A stretch of 63,886 nucleotides of DNA, the filler included, from Parasitella parasitica NRRL 2501 (taxonomy: Eukaryota; Fungi; Mucoromycota): the NCBI GenBank assembly GCA_025201805.1. It is 6 parts of 6 records of this genome, joined end to end, with 100 filler letters (N's around TTAATTAATTAA, not from the genome) between each part and the next. Parts side by side here need not be neighbours in the genome. Positions count along the whole stretch, not along the records: positions 1 to 31,568 come from MU619241.1; 5 more parts are not named here. One strand, 5' to 3'. Positions 1 to 13,360 of this stretch are shown here, piece after piece. Under the pieces are notes generated by a model. The model saw only the letters and a list, made by a program, of their open reading frames with translations. It searched no databases and was not told the DNA's origin. Position numbers and translations under genes: made by a program. Within the stretch, counting starts at the first letter, position 1. Every line of letters begins with the position of its first letter.

Positions 1-802
1 AAGCCTTTGCGGAAGGAGGCGAAATTCAGCATTGTCTGGATATGAGGGGCGGTCATCTTGGCTATAGAGGCTAAGCGTTGTGCGTTCCAGACAAGGCACG
101 GAAGAAGGGGGTGAAAGAGGCAATCAGTACGGGTCAACGCCTGATGGAACCGGCGGGCGACAAACGTGAGATGGCTAGGTAGGCGGCGGTTGCCTGGGAT
201 GGGCGAGAGGAAAAAGCCAAATACCTGCAACTCAAAGATGTCCCCAACTGTGGCCGACTTGGGCTTTTTGGCCAGCTTGTAACGAAGAGTGGTGGACTTG
301 ATGATGGCCGGAATGGGCAGCAGCAGGCACTCAATGGGGTTGCGATCAGCGGGCAGGAATCTGCGCGGGATGGCATTCATGGTGCGGAGGATCATTGTTA
401 CAGTGTTGATGGGAGCACCGACTAAAGCCAAAGAGCGGGCAGCAGGAAGCAACATCATATAGGAAAAAGAGAGTGCCATCGGCATAGCTGAGGAGTTTGA
501 TGGACGGTGTGGTAGGCGACTGCTCAGGATAGCGACGATGGAAGGTAAATCCTTGGACATGGGCATCAGCCAAAATGCTGCGTAGCAGAAGCGCCAAGCC
601 AAAATTGTATAGAATGCAGGAGATGGGATCGCCTTGTTTTAAGCCTCGCAGCTTGGGAACTGTGTCTGGCGACAAGTGTCCATTGACATTAAGAACAATG
701 TGGTTGTGTTTGAACAGAAAGTATATTGCTTGTACCAGCATTATCAGAAACCCGTAGTGGAGTAACACTGTCTTCAGGTAGTCCAGGTTGACTCGATCAT
801 AA
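1..802 (-). mobile_element. Degenerate non-LTR (L1/Tx1-like) retrotransposon fragment, reverse transcriptase region
   Basis: ORF 346..963 contains RT motifs YDRVNLDYL, LNVNG, RGLKQGDPISCILYN and LLSYADG (YADD decayed). GC-rich sequence continues to the window start; homology breaks after the YAD motif. Confidence 0.85.
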
Positions 803-1532
803 TTCGTAACAATTGAGTATCTGCTACCATATTTTTGCAGTGCCTGGCGGAGATTAACCCGCCCCCACCCCTTTGGCAGCATCTTTTCTGCAAAATCTCT
901 CTTGAAACCATCTTTTGACGATATCTCGAAATGAATATTAATAAAATATACCAGGAAAATCAACTAATATTTGCAGTATTATCTAGTGGCTATCCAATTT
1001 TGTAATAAAAAAAAAAAAAAAAAATAGACTCGTCGTCAGCCAAAGGTCAATGAAATTACTAGCAAATACCAAGAGTTGACATGCTCGTATCAAATACCAT
1101 CTAAACATGCTGAAGAAGGAGAAATTCAATTTTCCGAGTGAAATCTTTGATCTTGTCCAAATCACTGTTTTTCATGAAGGGTACCTCATGCAATATCAAG
1201 AAAAATATCATGGATTTGTAAAACCTTGCGAAAAAAATGCTGTAGCACTTGGATGAGGAAAATCGGTTGACATAATTTCAGCTGTGCGTAATAGTCCGGC
1301 ACCATCCAAGTCTGGATTTACATACCATTTGGTGTAACAAATACTGAATAATGCGATTTTCTAGGAACAAAGGACCATGGAGAAGCATTCATGCAGAGTT
1401 GGTTGTCACTAAATTGAGGTTAGAGATATAAATGAGAATAAAATTTGTGTGCCCTTCATTGTAAGATTTTTTTTTTTTTTTTACGTGGCTTTCAATATTG
1501 CACTTTTATTGAAATAGCACTGATATACTAGG

Positions 1533-2414
1533 CTATATAAGCCTTTCCAATCGACCAGCCTCGCCAAAGTACTTGTAACCAACTCGAGTATACAGATTGT
1601 CCTCAGGATCACGTTCGACGTCTACAAATAATGTGATATACGAATAATCTCTCAAGATAGCCTCACTTGTCATGGCGACGCATGCAGCACCGTACCCTTT
1701 ATTTCGATGTTCGCGGGGCGTGTACACATATGCCAGCGATGTGCCGTACTTCAACGGCCTGACTTTCCAAGCCATACTAACAGGAGATCCATGAATGCAC
1801 AAAAGATACAGCTGTTTGGAGGTAATCATATCCCGAGATATGGAAGCTACAGGCTCGTTGATGATTTTGGGGTCATCAAATGCGTCTTGAATAAAGCCAA
1901 AAGTCCATTTTTGCAGTAAATCAAAATCAGAGGCGGAGGCAAGTCGTAAACTCGTCGATCTGGCTGCTGATATCTCTTTGGAACGGGAAGACCATTTTAC
2001 TTGCCTCAGTTTATAACTCATAGTAGCGAATTTCCTTACAAATGTCATTGCTGATTGCGTCTCAATTGCATTCAAAAGTGCATCCAAAACAGGCTGATAG
2101 CCATGCAAACCCTGAACATTGAGCGATGTTTCCAACAGGTCTTTTGTAAGCAATCCAATTGCTTCAGGTCGTGCCTCGTCATATAGAGTTGAGGCATACA
2201 GATATCCGTTTTCTTGCGCGAGGATAGCAAACATCATTTCATGTTTCTCGTTCCATATGGCGCCACAGTAGTACGACACATTTTCTTTTTTTTGTATCTG
2301 ATGTGCTGTTGTCAATACAAATGTGTTTTTGATTTCGTGCTGCTGCAAGTATGTCTCTGTTGCTTTCAAAAATTCATTGATGTGTTGATATCGGATAACC
2401 GTTAAATCTGCCAT
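1533..2414 (-). CDS. GNAT-family N-acetyltransferase, intronless
   Basis: Acetyl-CoA motif A VYTPREHRNKGYG and C-terminal NLYTRVGY. Likely start MADLTV at 2414, after an AT-rich UTR. Confidence 0.85.
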   Translation of the reverse strand: MADLTVIRYQHINEFLKATETYLQQHEIKNTFVLTTAHQIQKKENVSYYCGAIWNEKHEMMFAILAQENGYLYASTLYDEARPEAIGLLTKDLLETSLNVQGLHGYQPVLDALLNAIETQSAMTFVRKFATMSYKLRQVKWSSRSKEISAARSTSLRLASASDFDLLQKWTFGFIQDAFDDPKIINEPVASISRDMITSKQLYLLCIHGSPVSMAWKVRPLKYGTSLAYVYTPREHRNKGYGAACVAMTSEAILRDYSYITLFVDVERDPEDNLYTRVGYKYFGEAGRLERLI

Positions 2415-2980
2415 TACTAAAAAATAAATAAAAATAAAGGCTAATACATTTACCCATTTGACAAACTGCAAGACATTCAGCATGTCTATGTGATTGGGCA
2501 TAACTAGCCCAAGTGACTGGAATCATTAAATTTCTGTAGGGGTGTTGAAAGCCTGAAAGGTATAAAAGCACCAACCCAAGGCGAATATATATATTTTTTT
2601 TTTCTTTAATTCACACCTGCTACCGCCGTTCTTATTGTTATGAAATAACTTATAAGCGGTTCTTCTTCGAAGAACAGGTAAAACAAAATCGAGCCAGATT
2701 AATCACCAAGGATAATTATCAGTTTATCTAAGGCTTCATGCTCTGGCTAAAGATTTGATACGTTAACATTTATAATGTAAATGAAAATTTTTTCAGCTTG
2801 TCTGATATTGCACGGCCCAACTTTTATAGAATAAATCTGCCATTATTGCGGATAGATCCTATAGATGTATTTCCTTTTTTTTTTTTTTTTGAAAACAAGT
2901 TACATTACTGTAAGGGTGTATGGATGTCACGTTCTACAAAGCTCTGTAGATGGCTCTGAACAATCAATCTCGAGATATTT

Positions 2981-3790
2981 CATGCTACTTCCTTCCGCCC
3001 AATTCATATTCTTGCAACAGGCGCAGTTGGCTGCCACATTGCTGCAGCTCTGAAAGCAAACAAAAACAAAGTGACCTTTTTACTTTGCTTCCAAAATCAC
3101 ATCAAGATCTGTATTGATCGTAATAACAACAGCATCACCTACCCACAGGACACTGAACAAGACTGATGTTGAGCCACGGATACTAGCGGCAAATCGCCCA
3201 TCAACTCGCTTATTGTCGCAACGTAAAATGCTCTAAACTCTGGGAAATAAAATCCAACATCTTTACTAATGTAAAATGGCATACGGTAGGCGTTATTTTG
3301 CTGGTGTCTATCAACATGCAGTTAAATGTATGGCACCATACGACTACATTGTAATTTTTTACTCTTGACACTTTGCGCATTGACTGATTTCCCACGGATT
3401 CGACAAATGCAGTCAAGTGTGCCTGAACTTTTTGAAAGATCACAGATACCCCCCCCCAAGACTTCAGGCTGCCTTACTGCATTGTCCTGAGAGGATATTA
3501 GACTGATCGTCGATGCACCACCCAACGGTGTAGCCTCTTAATTTAATGACTTTAAAACACCCGTGTCCACAGGGAAGGAATTGCTATGACGAGAGCTATT
3601 TGTGAAAAAGGGCACCTCAGCGATAAAGCGCCAGGGGAAACCGTCAAATCTATGATTTTGGTGGTGTTGCGGGCTAACCAAAAAAGCTGAGCTCTTTACT
3701 GCAAGTTATCAGAGCAAAGAGATCGACAGAGATTGATACCATATGGCTACATTGTTAAAATGGGCCAAGAGAAGGGCATCGATGTTAGAT
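2981..3790 (+). pseudogene. Ketopantoate (2-dehydropantoate) reductase PanE/PAN5-like pseudogene
   Basis: Hand translation across frames gives IHILATGAVGCHIAAALK..VTFLL (Rossmann motif), PINSLIVAT*, LIVDAPPNGVAS, and SSLLQVIRAKRSTEID..GYIVKMGQEKGIDV (ApbA C-terminal motif), with several stops and frameshifts. Confidence 0.75.
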
Positions 3791-4182
3791 TGTCAACCTC
3801 ATTCCTGCTGGAGAAGCCTTGTATGAATGAACGCTTATGCAAAGTATGCACAGCGAGACAAGTATACGGCTCATGTCTAATCATTATTTGGGGCTTAGTT
3901 TTTGTTGATGTCTACTAATGCACCAACCCGTTACACATCTTTTTAGTAGATGATATTTAAAAAATTGATGAAAAATTACGCCAAAACCAATCTGTTGTAC
4001 GAGGCATCATCCTCTCCCTTTGTACAATAGTATATCGATCAATTTGCTATAAATCCTTTTTTATTATTTTTTATTATTATTTTTCTTTCTTTTTCTATTT
4101 TGTTTTATAAAAGTATAATATATCCATTTATATATTTATATATACATCAGGCTAGGAAAAAAATAAATAAAAATAAAATAGA

Positions 4183-6187
4183 ATGCCTCGCTTACAAACA
4201 CATACAGTTGAAGGTACGATTTCGTGATATAGGACACATGGCATCGTTCTTTTGTAGCTTAGTCGTTTGTTCCCACTAGGATATTCGTATCTGAAAAAGC
4301 CTACGCTGCTGGGATCAATGGCATTGTACCTCAAGAGTCAATTAGTATGGCCAGACGTCCTTCGATGGAGAGGATCCGTAAGTATCATATTCATGGGCTA
4401 GTGCCAATTAAGGCGAGAAAGCTCACACGGAATAAAAAAGGTTCTGTTGCCTACGTTACCCGGCGTGATTGGGATGACAGGATTTTCATGTCTAGTATGC
4501 CTCTTTCATCTCACCTTTGAAATACCCATTAGCGTGCCTGTATCTGTCTGTAAGTTAGATCAGATTTTGATTGATTATACAACGCCAACTGACGTAAACA
4601 AAGTGGGAACTGTCTCTGTGGCATTAGGCTTGCTGTTAGCATTTCGTGTAAACACAGCATATGATAGATACTGGGAAGGCAGAAAGCTGATTCAAACGGT
4701 AACTGCTACTATCAGAAACGTAGCTCGCCAAGTCTGGATCAATATCCCAGAGGAAACTGAGCAGGATCATCTGGAGAAAATGCGCTGCGTGAAGCTATTG
4801 CTGGCTTTTTTTGTGGCTACAAAGCATCACCTCCGTCATGAATACGGCACAAACTATTACGACTGTAAGATTTATAAAAAGATATAGCAAATGCAGTGAT
4901 ACAGACTTACACGCCTACTTGTTACGATAGTGGAAGTGTTATTGCCGCCAAAGTGGGAGCCTGCGAGTTCTGCAAAAAGAAACCAGGCGCAAACACTGCA
5001 GGGACAGAACACGAGAAAAACGACAACAATGAACATCAAACTAAATGACACTGCAGAGCTAGCAACAGGAAGCAGTACATCGGTCGACGGACATACCTCG
5101 CCCAAGAAAAGAAGAGAGTTTCACATACTCGATAAAGCGCCTGCCATTGTGGTATCCCTGACTGATTCCATCAAGCCCAAGCAGCATGGTTGTTACATGG
5201 AATCGGATGATCCTACAAGCATCTCCAATGTTCGCCGCTCCTTGATCCAGCAAGAGTTTCCAAACTCTGACTTTGTCCAGGCATCTACTGCACAGATCAA
5301 GAGCTCTATGACAGGCGCCGACCTTGAGCAGACCATTTCAGACGAAGAGGAGCAACAAGTGAGCAGACTGCTGGACGAGGCTGTCAACCTACCTCCCACT
5401 TCTGCCGTTCCCGACTCTCCAAGGCCAGATGGAAATAGAGCCGATAGCAGGTTTAAGAATGCCACTCTCGCCAAAATGGGGTCCCACACACAGGCAGATT
5501 TGCATTCCATCAAGCACCGTATTCGTAACCAACACCAAAAGTTTAGAAAGAGACGTCTGGACCACTCTGAGTTTACTAGCGAAGAAGATTTACCGTATCA
5601 AGGCGACTCTGACCTATCTCTTCCCCTGGAAATCCTGTTCCGCGTGGCCTTGTACATCAATCAAGCAAAGGCAGCCAACAAGATTGAATCGACGCTCGTG
5701 TCGGTCACCACCAGCTCCATTGATATCCTTGTCAACTCGCTCACTGCATTTGAGAGAATTGTGCATACGCCAATCCCCAAAGCATACAACATTCATTTGT
5801 AAGGCTCGGACGCAGTTTGCACGCAGGAGCACTAACATTAATTGAAAACGCATTTTAGGAAACAAGCTGTTGTACTGTACATCTTTTTTCTGCCATTTGC
5901 ATTGGTGGACTCGTTGGCTTGGATTGTGGCACCCGTTGTTGCTCTCGTCTCATTCACATTGTTTGGCATTGAAGCCATTGGTGCGGAAATCGAGAATCCT
6001 TGTAAGTTGTGCTCTTTGCTGCGTGTAATTTACATACTCACCCCCTTTCCTTGAATGCATCATAGTTGGCTACGATGATAATGACTTGCCCTTGAATAGA
6101 TACTGCGATGAACTGAAAAAAGAAGTTGAATACATCATTTATCACATCCCCACTCAATCAACAAGTATTCTGCTGGATGGTCAATAA
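4183..6187 (+). CDS. Bestrophin-like (UPF0187/YneE-type) anion channel, multi-exon
   Basis: Motifs RWRGSV, LLAFRVNTAYDRYWEGRK, FERIVHTPIPKAY, GIEAIGAEIENPFGYDDNDLPL, joined by GT-AG introns. Confidence 0.9.
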
Positions 6188-6253
6188 AATATCTGAAAAT
6201 CTGCACTTTTTTTTTTTTTTTATAATTATAACGACTATATTAATTGTAAAGGA

Positions 6254-7957
6254 TTATCGATTGCGACTATATCCTCCATGGTATTTAGGTCCCCTGTTTG
6301 TATACTTGCCTCCTCTCGAATTACTACTACTGCCCGACAAATCAATAACCCCACTCGAGCTAGGTTTTGGAAGATTACTGCTGCTGTTTCGCGGAAAGTC
6401 GCCATACTCTCGACGCTGCTGCACACTGTTGTTGTAAGAATTGACACTGACAGTGCCTGAACGAGTAGGCTGGGGCAACGAGTTGTTATTCATCGCCTTC
6501 CAATTGCTGTTGCCAGATCTGTCATTTTGCCTATTCTTTGACAACAATGACGATAACGACGATGGTGATGAAGATGATGATGACTGCGGTAATTGATGGG
6601 AAAAGAAGCCATTCAAGTTGCTGCTTTTGTTGTTTTTTGAGGGTCCTGATCTGCTGTGCCTCGAAGGATACTCATCATCGCTATCAAAGTACTTGTGTCT
6701 AGTTCGCTTATTATCATTGTAGCCGCTGTCATGATAATCGTAACGGGGGCTACTGTCTATATTGCCTTCTGGCCGTCTTTGACGTTTGGATGAATATCCC
6801 TGTTGATAAGAGAATTCCTTTGTCTTTTTAGAGTCGAAGCGACTCCCTATACCTAGGCTCAGTTTTGAAAATGCCGATGGCATCGTTATCTTGTACTGCG
6901 GTAAATCTAGGCATTCATCGCCGTAATGTCCTCTCTCAGTGCAATTGTAGCACCAGGCAGTCGGAACTGACTTCGAAGCTCTCTCGCCTACATACGTGTG
7001 CAGCAGGCCAGGACACATGTTGGTGTGATGGTATGTCGCGTTGCAATGACTGCAATTGTCCAGCGTCTTTGAATTCTCGCAATCAATTGCATTATGGCCA
7101 CGATACTTACATCGAGTGCAATATCGGGCGCCTACGCAGCGTCCTTCTTTGTGTCTGGGCCCGCCACAATCGCTACACAACCTGCAGTCAATACGTTCAT
7201 GGCCTGGCTGATTGCAGCTAAAACACACTCGCACTGGCTTTTCCAAGAAGCGCTTCTTGCATTGGCGCCTGTAAATCTGGTACTCTTTTTTTTTAAAAAA
7301 ACTATCATCTTGGGAGATTTAGAATCCCTTCTTACCTGGTCATCAATCAGCTTTTGCAGTTTCTGCCCGAGCTCTGCCTCCTCTTCAGACGTGTCTTGGT
7401 CGTCCAAATAGCGCTTATCCTCTTGATCCATGTCGATATACCGGGTTACTCTAGGCTGTTCGGCCTCCTTTTTGATGGGGACATCAGCGGCCAGCTCAGG
7501 AACGCCTGCATCTTGTTCTTTATCGCTTTCGTCATCGCTATACACGGTCGTAGGGTTGGTGTCATCGTCAGAATCAGTATTATCAATGCAGAACTCATTC
7601 GCAGACGAAAAGGCAGGTCGCTCTTCGTCTGATTTATCGCTGTCCATCGGTGCATAGACTACCTTTGCTTGCGCATTATTCAGGTCGGCCTCATTGGCAT
7701 GCTCATCGTTTTTCGTTGATGGAGGCGCCTTCTTTTTGGCGATGCCAGTGCCGTATTGCACCATGCTCATAATCTTATCCTCAAGATCACTGTCCATCTC
7801 ATCACTATGCTAAAATGCTTGGTACTTGCTTTTTAAACATCTTGTCTGCTCTCCCCCCCCCCCATACCTACCTCGATAAATGATCGTCATCTTCAGCCAA
7901 ATCTTTGTTCTCATACTGCCTGAGCAGCTCTAATTCTTCTTCGTCTTCGTTAAACAT
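6254..7957 (-). CDS. AIR1/AIR2/ZCCHC7-like CCHC zinc-knuckle protein (TRAMP complex), multi-exon
   Basis: Tandem CX2CX4HX4C-type knuckles (CFSCNQPGHERIDC ... WCYNCTERGHYGDEC) followed by an SAFS motif. Acidic N-terminus starts MFNEDEEELELL at 7957. Confidence 0.75.
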
Positions 7958-8188
7958 GGTTGTCGCTTTGGAAGAGGAAGCCAGTGAAAAATGTTGCCAA
8001 CAGCTTGTTGGGGATTGAGAAATGAGGAATACCTGTCACGGCTGCGAAAGCTGGCAAATCAACCAAACATGCACACCGCGTTGGCTGATTTGCTATTTTG
8101 CTGTTTTGCTGTTGTGCTTTTTTTCCTTCTCTTTTTGATTGCTTTTCACCTTCAAACCACCAAGATTGGGAAATAAAGACAAAAAACA

Positions 8189-11093
8189 ATGGAGGACATC
8201 AACGACTACTGGCTAGACTGTCTTGCCAAGCATTCTATCTTTGAGCTGGATGCTGCTGAACAGCAGATTTCTCAAGCCATCAAATCAAAACAGACACGCC
8301 AAGACAACAGCATTGTAAACTTTCTTCTGCAGCACCACACCCGTGTTATCACAATCAGAGACAACGATCTCTTTGTAGCTATAGGCTCGCAAATCAGAGT
8401 GCTCAACTTGGCAAACTTCAAGGATAACTGGCTAAAGGCCCACAAAGAAGCAAATGCAGGCAGCACTGATTTACAAGACAGCTGGATTTTATCCACTCCA
8501 TACAAGGTAAACCAGAGAGCCTTCAGGAGGCACACACACACACACAGAGAACTGACACTTGCAAACAGATCCTAGACACGCCTGAAATCAACTACAATAT
8601 CGTATCACTGACCCCCAACAACAATGGCCGTCTCTTAGCAGTCTGTGGTGAGCATCGCCTGGAGATCGTATGCTTACCTAGACAAGCTTTTTCTGACTAC
8701 GCTTCTTCCGGCATAATCCCCAGGAGGGAGGTGGATTGTCGCACTCTATCCGTTATACACTCCAAATCCAGAGCCGATATCCTCAAGATTGAGTGGCATC
8801 CTCTCAGTGAAACGCACACGCACATCGTTATCCTCGGAAACGACAATATGCTGAGGTAAGAAGCATCTCTATTGACATGAGTGCAATGCATTAAACCGTT
8901 GTAAATGTGCGACTAGAATCTTTGATGTCAGCAATGATATCGAGAACCCAGAGCAATCCTTTGATTTATCACCGCTGGAACAGAAGCCATCGACCACCCC
9001 ACCTATCCAACGCATTGGATTCTCAATTGATGACGATTCCGACAATTCAGATGAAGATGTTGTAACCTTTACACTGGGTGGACCCAGCAAAGACAAAAGC
9101 GGTTGGGAGCCATTCACAGTATTTTACGCTCTTCGTGGTGGCCATATTTACTCGCTTTGTCCTGTCATTCCATTCAGAAGCATCGTCCGCCGCAGCCATT
9201 TGGATAATCTCGCTTGCATTGTCGACGTCAAATACCAACAGGCCAAGTCTTCAGAAAAGCATGATTTCAAAACGCTCTCTCATCTGTTCAACCTTCAAAG
9301 TGCTTGGATTGACGATTTGTTCCAGACTGCAAAGATTGCTCGCAGATCGAATGATAGCGATAGCTTGGTCGTCGTGAGCGATGAGCAGCATAGCCGGTAT
9401 CCTACTCTGAGACAGGGCCCTTTTCTTATCAGTCATACTCAACCCCTTGATAATGGCATCGAGGCTTCGGATCTCCTGTTCATCAATCCTGAGCCTGTAC
9501 GTGTCCTTGCTTTGGGATTAACTGATGGATCTGTTCACAACTACTTGCTCAGTGGCGAAGTTGACGCTCAATGGCAAATGCCCGTATCAAGTGCTACTCA
9601 CTCCTGGCAAAAAGAGGTAATTGCGTATTTTTTTTTATATATATATTTATACATATATATAAATTTATGCTAAAACTATCCAGTTGGGTATCCTGTTATC
9701 CGAATCGGCTTGCCTTCCCAAGGCTTCTTTGTACGAGGTTATCAATCTAAAGAGTCAAGAACTGCCCAGATACCAGACTGTCACCTTTGTCTCTGATCCC
9801 TTGTACAAAGACACTTTTTTTATTTATCATGCTGCTGGTGTCCATGCTGTGGCTATGGGCACATGGATCCAACCTCTCCGTGATGCCATTCTCAAATACG
9901 AATCAGGAAACAATTCCGAATCGAAACGTGTTCTTGATGGTTTGTTGAAAGAAAAGAGCAAGTCTGAGGTGAGGTCCCTTGTCAATGCTTCTCCATTCAA
10001 AGATGCGTTTGTCCCTATCATCGGCTTGGTGTTGACCTCAGACATTTACCTGTCTTACTCGCTCTTGGCTTTAACTAGTGAATACAGACTGGTAACGAGA
10101 GACTTGAATATGCGTCGTGAAGTGGATATTCCCGAAGAAGCCGAAAAGGCTGTTAAAGCTCAATTACACGACATTGGTACTGAAGAAGACGAGAGGGAGA
10201 AGGGATACGAGCCCATTTTATCTCTGCCCCTCTTTAAACCTCCTCCACAGCTCGATACTTTGCCAAAGCAACCAAAAATTGTGGTTCCCTCTGCCATGAG
10301 CGGCCCTCAAGAAATCGTAATCAACGAAGAAACCCTTCGCTTCATTTCCAAATCCACAGAGCAGATTCGTCGCGAAACTCGTGATTTAAAAAAGGCAGCT
10401 TCGCACATTGACAGCAGGTAAATAATAGTCGATCAGCGTAGCTCAGATGGGAAGCCGATCTCGGCAACTAACTATATCGTTAACCTAGATTGTGCACTCA
10501 ACAAAAGGAATTCGAGCGACAGGTGAACGCAGTGCGAGATCTGTATTTCAAGCTGCAAGAAACCAATTCTAAAGAGGCCAAACAAGCGCAGGAACAGAAA
10601 TTAAGGGACATTTCTCAAAGACACGCCAAATTGCGTTTACGAATTGATGAACAGTTACGCAGTTTGATGAAGACGTATCAGCCGGAACTGTCAAATGAGG
10701 AAAAGGACTGGATTGAAAAACTGGAGAAGCTTGCAAAGCAAGTTTCAGGAGAGTCTGGTTATGTCGCTAGAATCGAATTGGTGAGTGTTTTATCAGGTAG
10801 TCTGTATACCAGATAGCTAAGACAATTTCATCCTAGTTGAAGGAGCAAGTTGAACGGCAAACCAGAGTAACCAAGCCAAAGGCACACAAATTTGCTGACA
10901 TGAATCCCTCTCAGCTCAAGAGTATCCTCAGCACATTGAAGCAGCAGTAAGTTTTGATATCATCAATCCAGACAAAAAAAAAAAAAAAAATTTTTTTTTC
11001 AACATATTGACATTCATCTGTAGATCTTCTGATATTGCGCATGTAACTGAAAGAATGGAGAGGCTTGAAGTCAAGTTGCCTACTTCTGCCTAA
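8189..11093 (+). CDS. NUP82: Nucleoporin Nup82/Nup88, multi-exon
   Basis: Propeller region with KIEWHPLSETHTHIVIL, GWEPFTVFYALRGGHIYSLCPVIP and LRQGPFL; C-terminal coiled coil with LSNEEKDWIEKL. Confidence 0.85.
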
Positions 11094-12001
11094 TTCATCG
11101 CCTGTAATTTCTTCCCTTCGTCTTTCTTTAAAGAAACAACATATTTCTGTCAATAACAATAGGTGAATATAAATAAATATACTCTGCATCTCACTTTTTT
11201 CATGTTGAATCTTGATGTACGTAACCATATTACTCGTCTTTACAGAGATCTTTAAAGTGAGATGGTGCATTACTGAAGTGAACTTACCAAAGCGCTATTG
11301 CAGATTGACTGGGTCATGTAGCTTTTTTTTTTTTTTTTTTTTTTCATGTTTCTTTTTGATTTGACGGTATTGGTTTCCTTCCCAAATGTGGCAGGAGATA
11401 GCCATTTAGGCTGATATTCTCACAGACGTTTTTTCCCAGAGCAAAAGGTGCATCATTGTGGAGCATGGCAATGCAATGGTAACTGTTTCAAATAAAACTA
11501 GTTTGGAATTTAATTAATGAATGCGTGCATGCACCGTAGGCGTGAATTCATCCGATCTCCTGGAACTTCAAGTCAATCAGGCAACCTGCATTGGCATACC
11601 TGTATGACAGGAGACAGGACTATTAAATCCCAGTGATTGATACGGTACACACGGAAGGTGACGTACTAGCACAACAAATAACAAGTTGAAAGAGTGGCAT
11701 CTGGTCTTGTTTCCTTTTCTTCTTTGTACAACTACACCTGTATAAAAAAAAAAAAAAAAAAAAAAAAGAAAAGATTAAGAGATCATCACTGGATTTCTTG
11801 TTTTTGCTGTAAATAGCGTTGCATGTTTTGTTGATGTTTTGTATTCTAGCATTGTTGTTATAAATAGCTGTATTTACAGTGAGTTGCAAGATGCTGAATG
11901 TTGGGATTTCGTTAACCTAACCGCTTACAAATCATGTAGACTAATTTTCCCAAAATATTATATATTTCACCGAGAAGAATTCACAACAGAAAAATAATCA
12001 A

Positions 12002-13299
12002 ATGGTAAATTGAAAGACAAAGGACAGTGACAATGGCAATGGCACAAACGAGATTCCCTTCTTAGAGCGTATATACCCAAGACGTCAAAATCATATGTCA
12101 AAACCATGTATTAAAGTCAACCGCAAAAGCTTCAGAGGGCCATCCTTGGAGAAATTGGAAGATCAGGGTTGTAGCTGTAGATAATAATCGAGAAAAAAAG
12201 GGCAAGCTGAACCATCTTTTGGATCACGTAGAATATTGGTTGCATCCAACATTTGTGAACCCTGTTAGAGGTAGGTTAGGCCAGCAATGCCAAACACAAC
12301 AACGTCTAATCTTTGCAGGGTAGACTTCAAAAAGGAGCCTTATTTACTGCAAGAAAAAGGCTGGGGAGAGTTTGATATGCGTGTCATCTTGTACTTTAAG
12401 GACTCTCTGCTTGAGCCTGATCCGGAGGAGATCCTTTTTGATTTGCATTTTCGCGAGCCCATCTATACCATCAAGCACACAATCATCTTTAATAATCCTT
12501 CGCCCGAACTGATACGCATTCTGCAAATGGAACTTCCCACGAGCGATCTGCAAACCACGATTCATATCGATAATAGAAAACGGCGCACAAGCCCGACTAT
12601 GTCGACATCCAAAAAGATCAAGACGCCACCGTCCATGTCCTCACCGGCAGACGGTGGCCCACTGCCGCCAGCTGCTGCTTCCAACAACAATAGCATCCGA
12701 TACCCTACGTCGCCATCGTCGAGCATGATGCTTTATCTACATGACCATGACTCGAGTGCGGAATCCGATGACTTGTATCGAACAGTGCATGGTTACAGAC
12801 GACAAAAGAGGACGGTTAACCAGGACGGGGTCACCATAGACGATATTTACAACGAAACAGACATTGAAAATGCCAGCAGCATTCATACAAAACAATTGGA
12901 CGACCATCTTCGAAAGGCCTGGGGAATACCAATGGTAAGTATAACGCTTGTTGGTTTCGCTTTGCTCTAAAAAGTACAGCAGGGAGTGGACATGTTGGAA
13001 TTAGCGAAACAGTTGACGCTTTTGACACCCGAGCAAATAGAGGAAGTCGAGGCTTTGATCCTCAAGGGCAAAAATGATAACACGGTGGTAGAAGACAATG
13101 AAGGTAAACACAGACATATATTGCGCGCAAATGCTTGTGAATGCTAACACAAAAGACAGACGAGTTTATGTTTGATTTGTATTCATTAGGGCCTGAATTA
13201 CTGAGCCAACTGTGGGATTATACAGTCGAAAAGCAATCGCAGCAAAAAGCAACCGCATTGTCACCATTTTCATTAGTTCAGGCCAACGCCAATATGTAG
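12002..13299 (+). CDS. YEATS-domain protein, Taf14/AF9-like, with C-terminal ET-like domain
   Basis: Spliced: VEYWLHPTFVNPVR..FKKEPYLLQEKGWGEFDMRV (YEATS); C-terminal EFMFDLYSLGPELLSQLWDY. Confidence 0.85.
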
Positions 13300-13360
13300 C
13301 TTTTATTTTTNNNNNNNNNNNNNNNNNNNNNNNNNNNNNNNNNNNTTTTTTTATACTTTT

